From Hemiscyllium ocellatum (taxonomy: Eukaryota), in contig NC_083425.1 of assembly GCF_020745735.1 (NCBI RefSeq), positions 46,115,575 through 46,179,574 on the forward strand: 64,000 nucleotides of DNA, written 5' to 3'. Shown here piece after piece: positions 62,273-64,000 of the stretch. Position 1 is the stretch's first letter. Each line of letters begins with the position of its first letter. The notes below the pieces were generated by a model. That model saw only the letters and a program-made list of their open reading frames with translations. It searched no databases and was not told the DNA's origin. The translations under genes were made by a program, and so were the position numbers.

Positions 62273-64000
62273 CATAGAACATAGAACATATAGAACATAG
62301 AAGGATACAGCGCAGTACAGGCCCTTCGGCCCTCGATGTTGCGCCGACCGAATCCTACCTAACCTATACTAGCCCAATAACTTCCAAATGCCTATCCAAT
62401 GCCCGCTTAAATGACCATAAAGAAGGAGAGTTCACCACTGATACAGGCAGGGCATTCCATGAACTCACAACCCGCTGTGTGAAGAATCTACCCCTAACAT
62501 CTGTCCTATACCTACCACCCCTTAATTTAAAGCTATGTCCCCTAGTAACACCTGACTCCATTAGCGGTAAAAGGTTCTTAGTATCTACCCTATCTAAACC
62601 CCTAATCATCTTATACACTTCTATCAGATCTCCCCTAAACCTTCTCTTCTCCAATGAGAACAGCCCCAAGTGCCTCAGCCTTTCCTCATAAGATTTTCCT
62701 ACCATTCCAGGCAACATCCTGGTAAACCTCCTCTGCACTCGTTCTAAAGCTTCCACATCCTTCCTATAGTATGGCGACCAAAACTGCACACAATACTCCA
62801 GATGAGGCCTCACCAGAGTCTTATACAACTGCAACATGACCGCAGGACTCCGGAACTCAATTCCTCTGCCAATAAAGCCCAGTACACCATATGCCTTCCT
62901 CACAGCACTATTTACCTGGGTGGCAACTTTCAGAGATCTGTGTATATGGACACCAAGATCCCTCTGCTCATCCACACTACCAAGTAGCCTACCATTAGCC
63001 CAGTAATCCATCATCTTGTTATTCCTACCAAAGTGAACGACTTCGCACTTAGCTACATTGAATTCCATTTGCCACATTTCCGCCCAGCTCTGCAACTTAT
63101 CTATATCCCGCTGTAACCTACCACTTCCTTCCTCACTATCCACAACTCCACCGACTTTTGTGTCATCCGCAAACTTGCTTACCCAGCTTTCAAGTCCTTC
63201 CTCTAGATCATTTATAAAGATAACAAAAAGCAATGGTCCCAAAACAGATCCTTGTGGTACACCGCTAGTAACTGCGCTCCAAGATGAACATAATCCATCA
63301 ACTACTACCCTCTGTCTCCTTCCAGCCAGCCAATTCCTAATCCAAACCTCTAATGTATCCTCAATGCCATACCTCTGAAGTTTTAGCATTAGCCTACCAT
63401 GGGGAACCTTATCGAACGCCTTACTAAAATCCATATACACAACATCTACTGCTTTACCCTCGTCCACTTCCTTAGTCACCTTCTCAAAGAACTCAATAAG
63501 GTTTGTGAGGCACGACCTGCCCTTCACAAAACCATGCTGGCTATCCCTGATCACGTTATTCCTACCCAGATGTTCATAAATCTTATCCCTTACCATTCTC
63601 TCTAAGACTTTGCCCACCACTGAAGTCAGACTCACTGGCCTATAGTTACTAGGGCTATCCCTACTCCCTTTCTTGAACAATGGGACCACATTCGCTATCC
63701 TCCAGTCCTCTGGTACTATTCCCGTTGACAATGACGACATAAAAATCCAGGCCAATGGCTCTGCTATCTCCTCCCTAGCTTCCCATAGGACCCTGGGGTA
63801 AATGCCATCAGGCCCAGGAGACTTATCTATATTCATCCTTTCCAATATTCCCAAAACCTCTTCCCTGCATATTTCCAGGGCATCCATTCTAATTATTTGT
63901 GATTCCATATTCACATCAGCAACAGTGTCCTGTTCCTGAGTGAATACTGATGAAAAGTACTGATTTAATGTCTCTCCAATCTCCTCCGCCTCCACACACA
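62273..64000 (-). mobile_element. Young CR1 LINE extending beyond the window
   Basis: Uninterrupted ORF, short 3' UTR and (TTCTATG)n tail at 62273-62302. Confidence 0.97.
62364..63995 (-). CDS. CR1 ORF2 reverse transcriptase (C-terminal 543 aa; true start outside window)
   Basis: KSPGPDG, YRPVSLTS, QHGF, DFSKAFDKV, GVPQGSVLGPLLF, KFADD all in one frame. Confidence 0.95.
   Translation of the reverse strand: MEAEEIGETLNQYFSSVFTQEQDTVADVNMESQIIRMDALEICREEVLGILERMNIDKSPGPDGIYPRVLWEAREEIAEPLAWIFMSSLSTGIVPEDWRIANVVPLFKKGSRDSPSNYRPVSLTSVVGKVLERMVRDKIYEHLGRNNVIRDSQHGFVKGRSCLTNLIEFFEKVTKEVDEGKAVDVVYMDFSKAFDKVPHGRLMLKLQRYGIEDTLEVWIRNWLAGRRQRVVVDGLCSSWSAVTSGVPQGSVLGPLLFVIFINDLEEGLESWVSKFADDTKVGGVVDSEEGSGRLQRDIDKLQSWAEMWQMEFNVAKCEVVHFGRNNKMMDYWANGRLLGSVDEQRDLGVHIHRSLKVATQVNSAVRKAYGVLGFIGRGIEFRSPAVMLQLYKTLVRPHLEYCVQFWSPYYRKDVEALERVQRRFTRMLPGMVGKSYEERLRHLGLFSLEKRRFRGDLIEVYKMIRGLDRVDTKNLLPLMESGVTRGHSFKLRGGRYRTDVRGRFFTQRVVSSWNALPVSVVNSPSLWSFKRALDRHLEVIGLV

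Overview
Repeat-rich, CpG-depleted vertebrate DNA. The repeat inventory (HE1-type tRNA SINEs with CR1 tails, many CR1 LINEs, Penelope-like elements, Rex1/Babar, L2, Gypsy relics) points to a cartilaginous fish, probably a shark (inference). I cannot recognise any host protein-coding exon, so the window looks like a long intron or intergenic DNA. The only long ORFs are retrotransposon-derived: a young, frame-intact CR1 RT running off the right edge (62364-63995, minus), a 5'-truncated CR1 (53196-54511) and decayed Penelope RT/GIY-YIG copies (14523-15610, 59316-60912). Most notable are at least four distinct families of Penelope-associated termini and short elements, each carrying a minimal type I hammerhead-ribozyme motif (CUGANGA - stem II - GAAA - palindromic stem III). 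The helices differ in sequence between families but keep pairing. These occur as ~80-200 bp insertions with 9-16 bp flanking duplications and as head-to-head hairpins folded at or next to the ribozyme core. Also seen: a Harbinger Myb/SANT gene relic, a nested Gypsy relic, two solo LTRs, Tc1/pogo-type non-autonomous elements and several repeat-poor blocks that may be conserved non-coding elements. Family names come from recalled sequence patterns, not database searches, and coordinates of old repeats are approximate.
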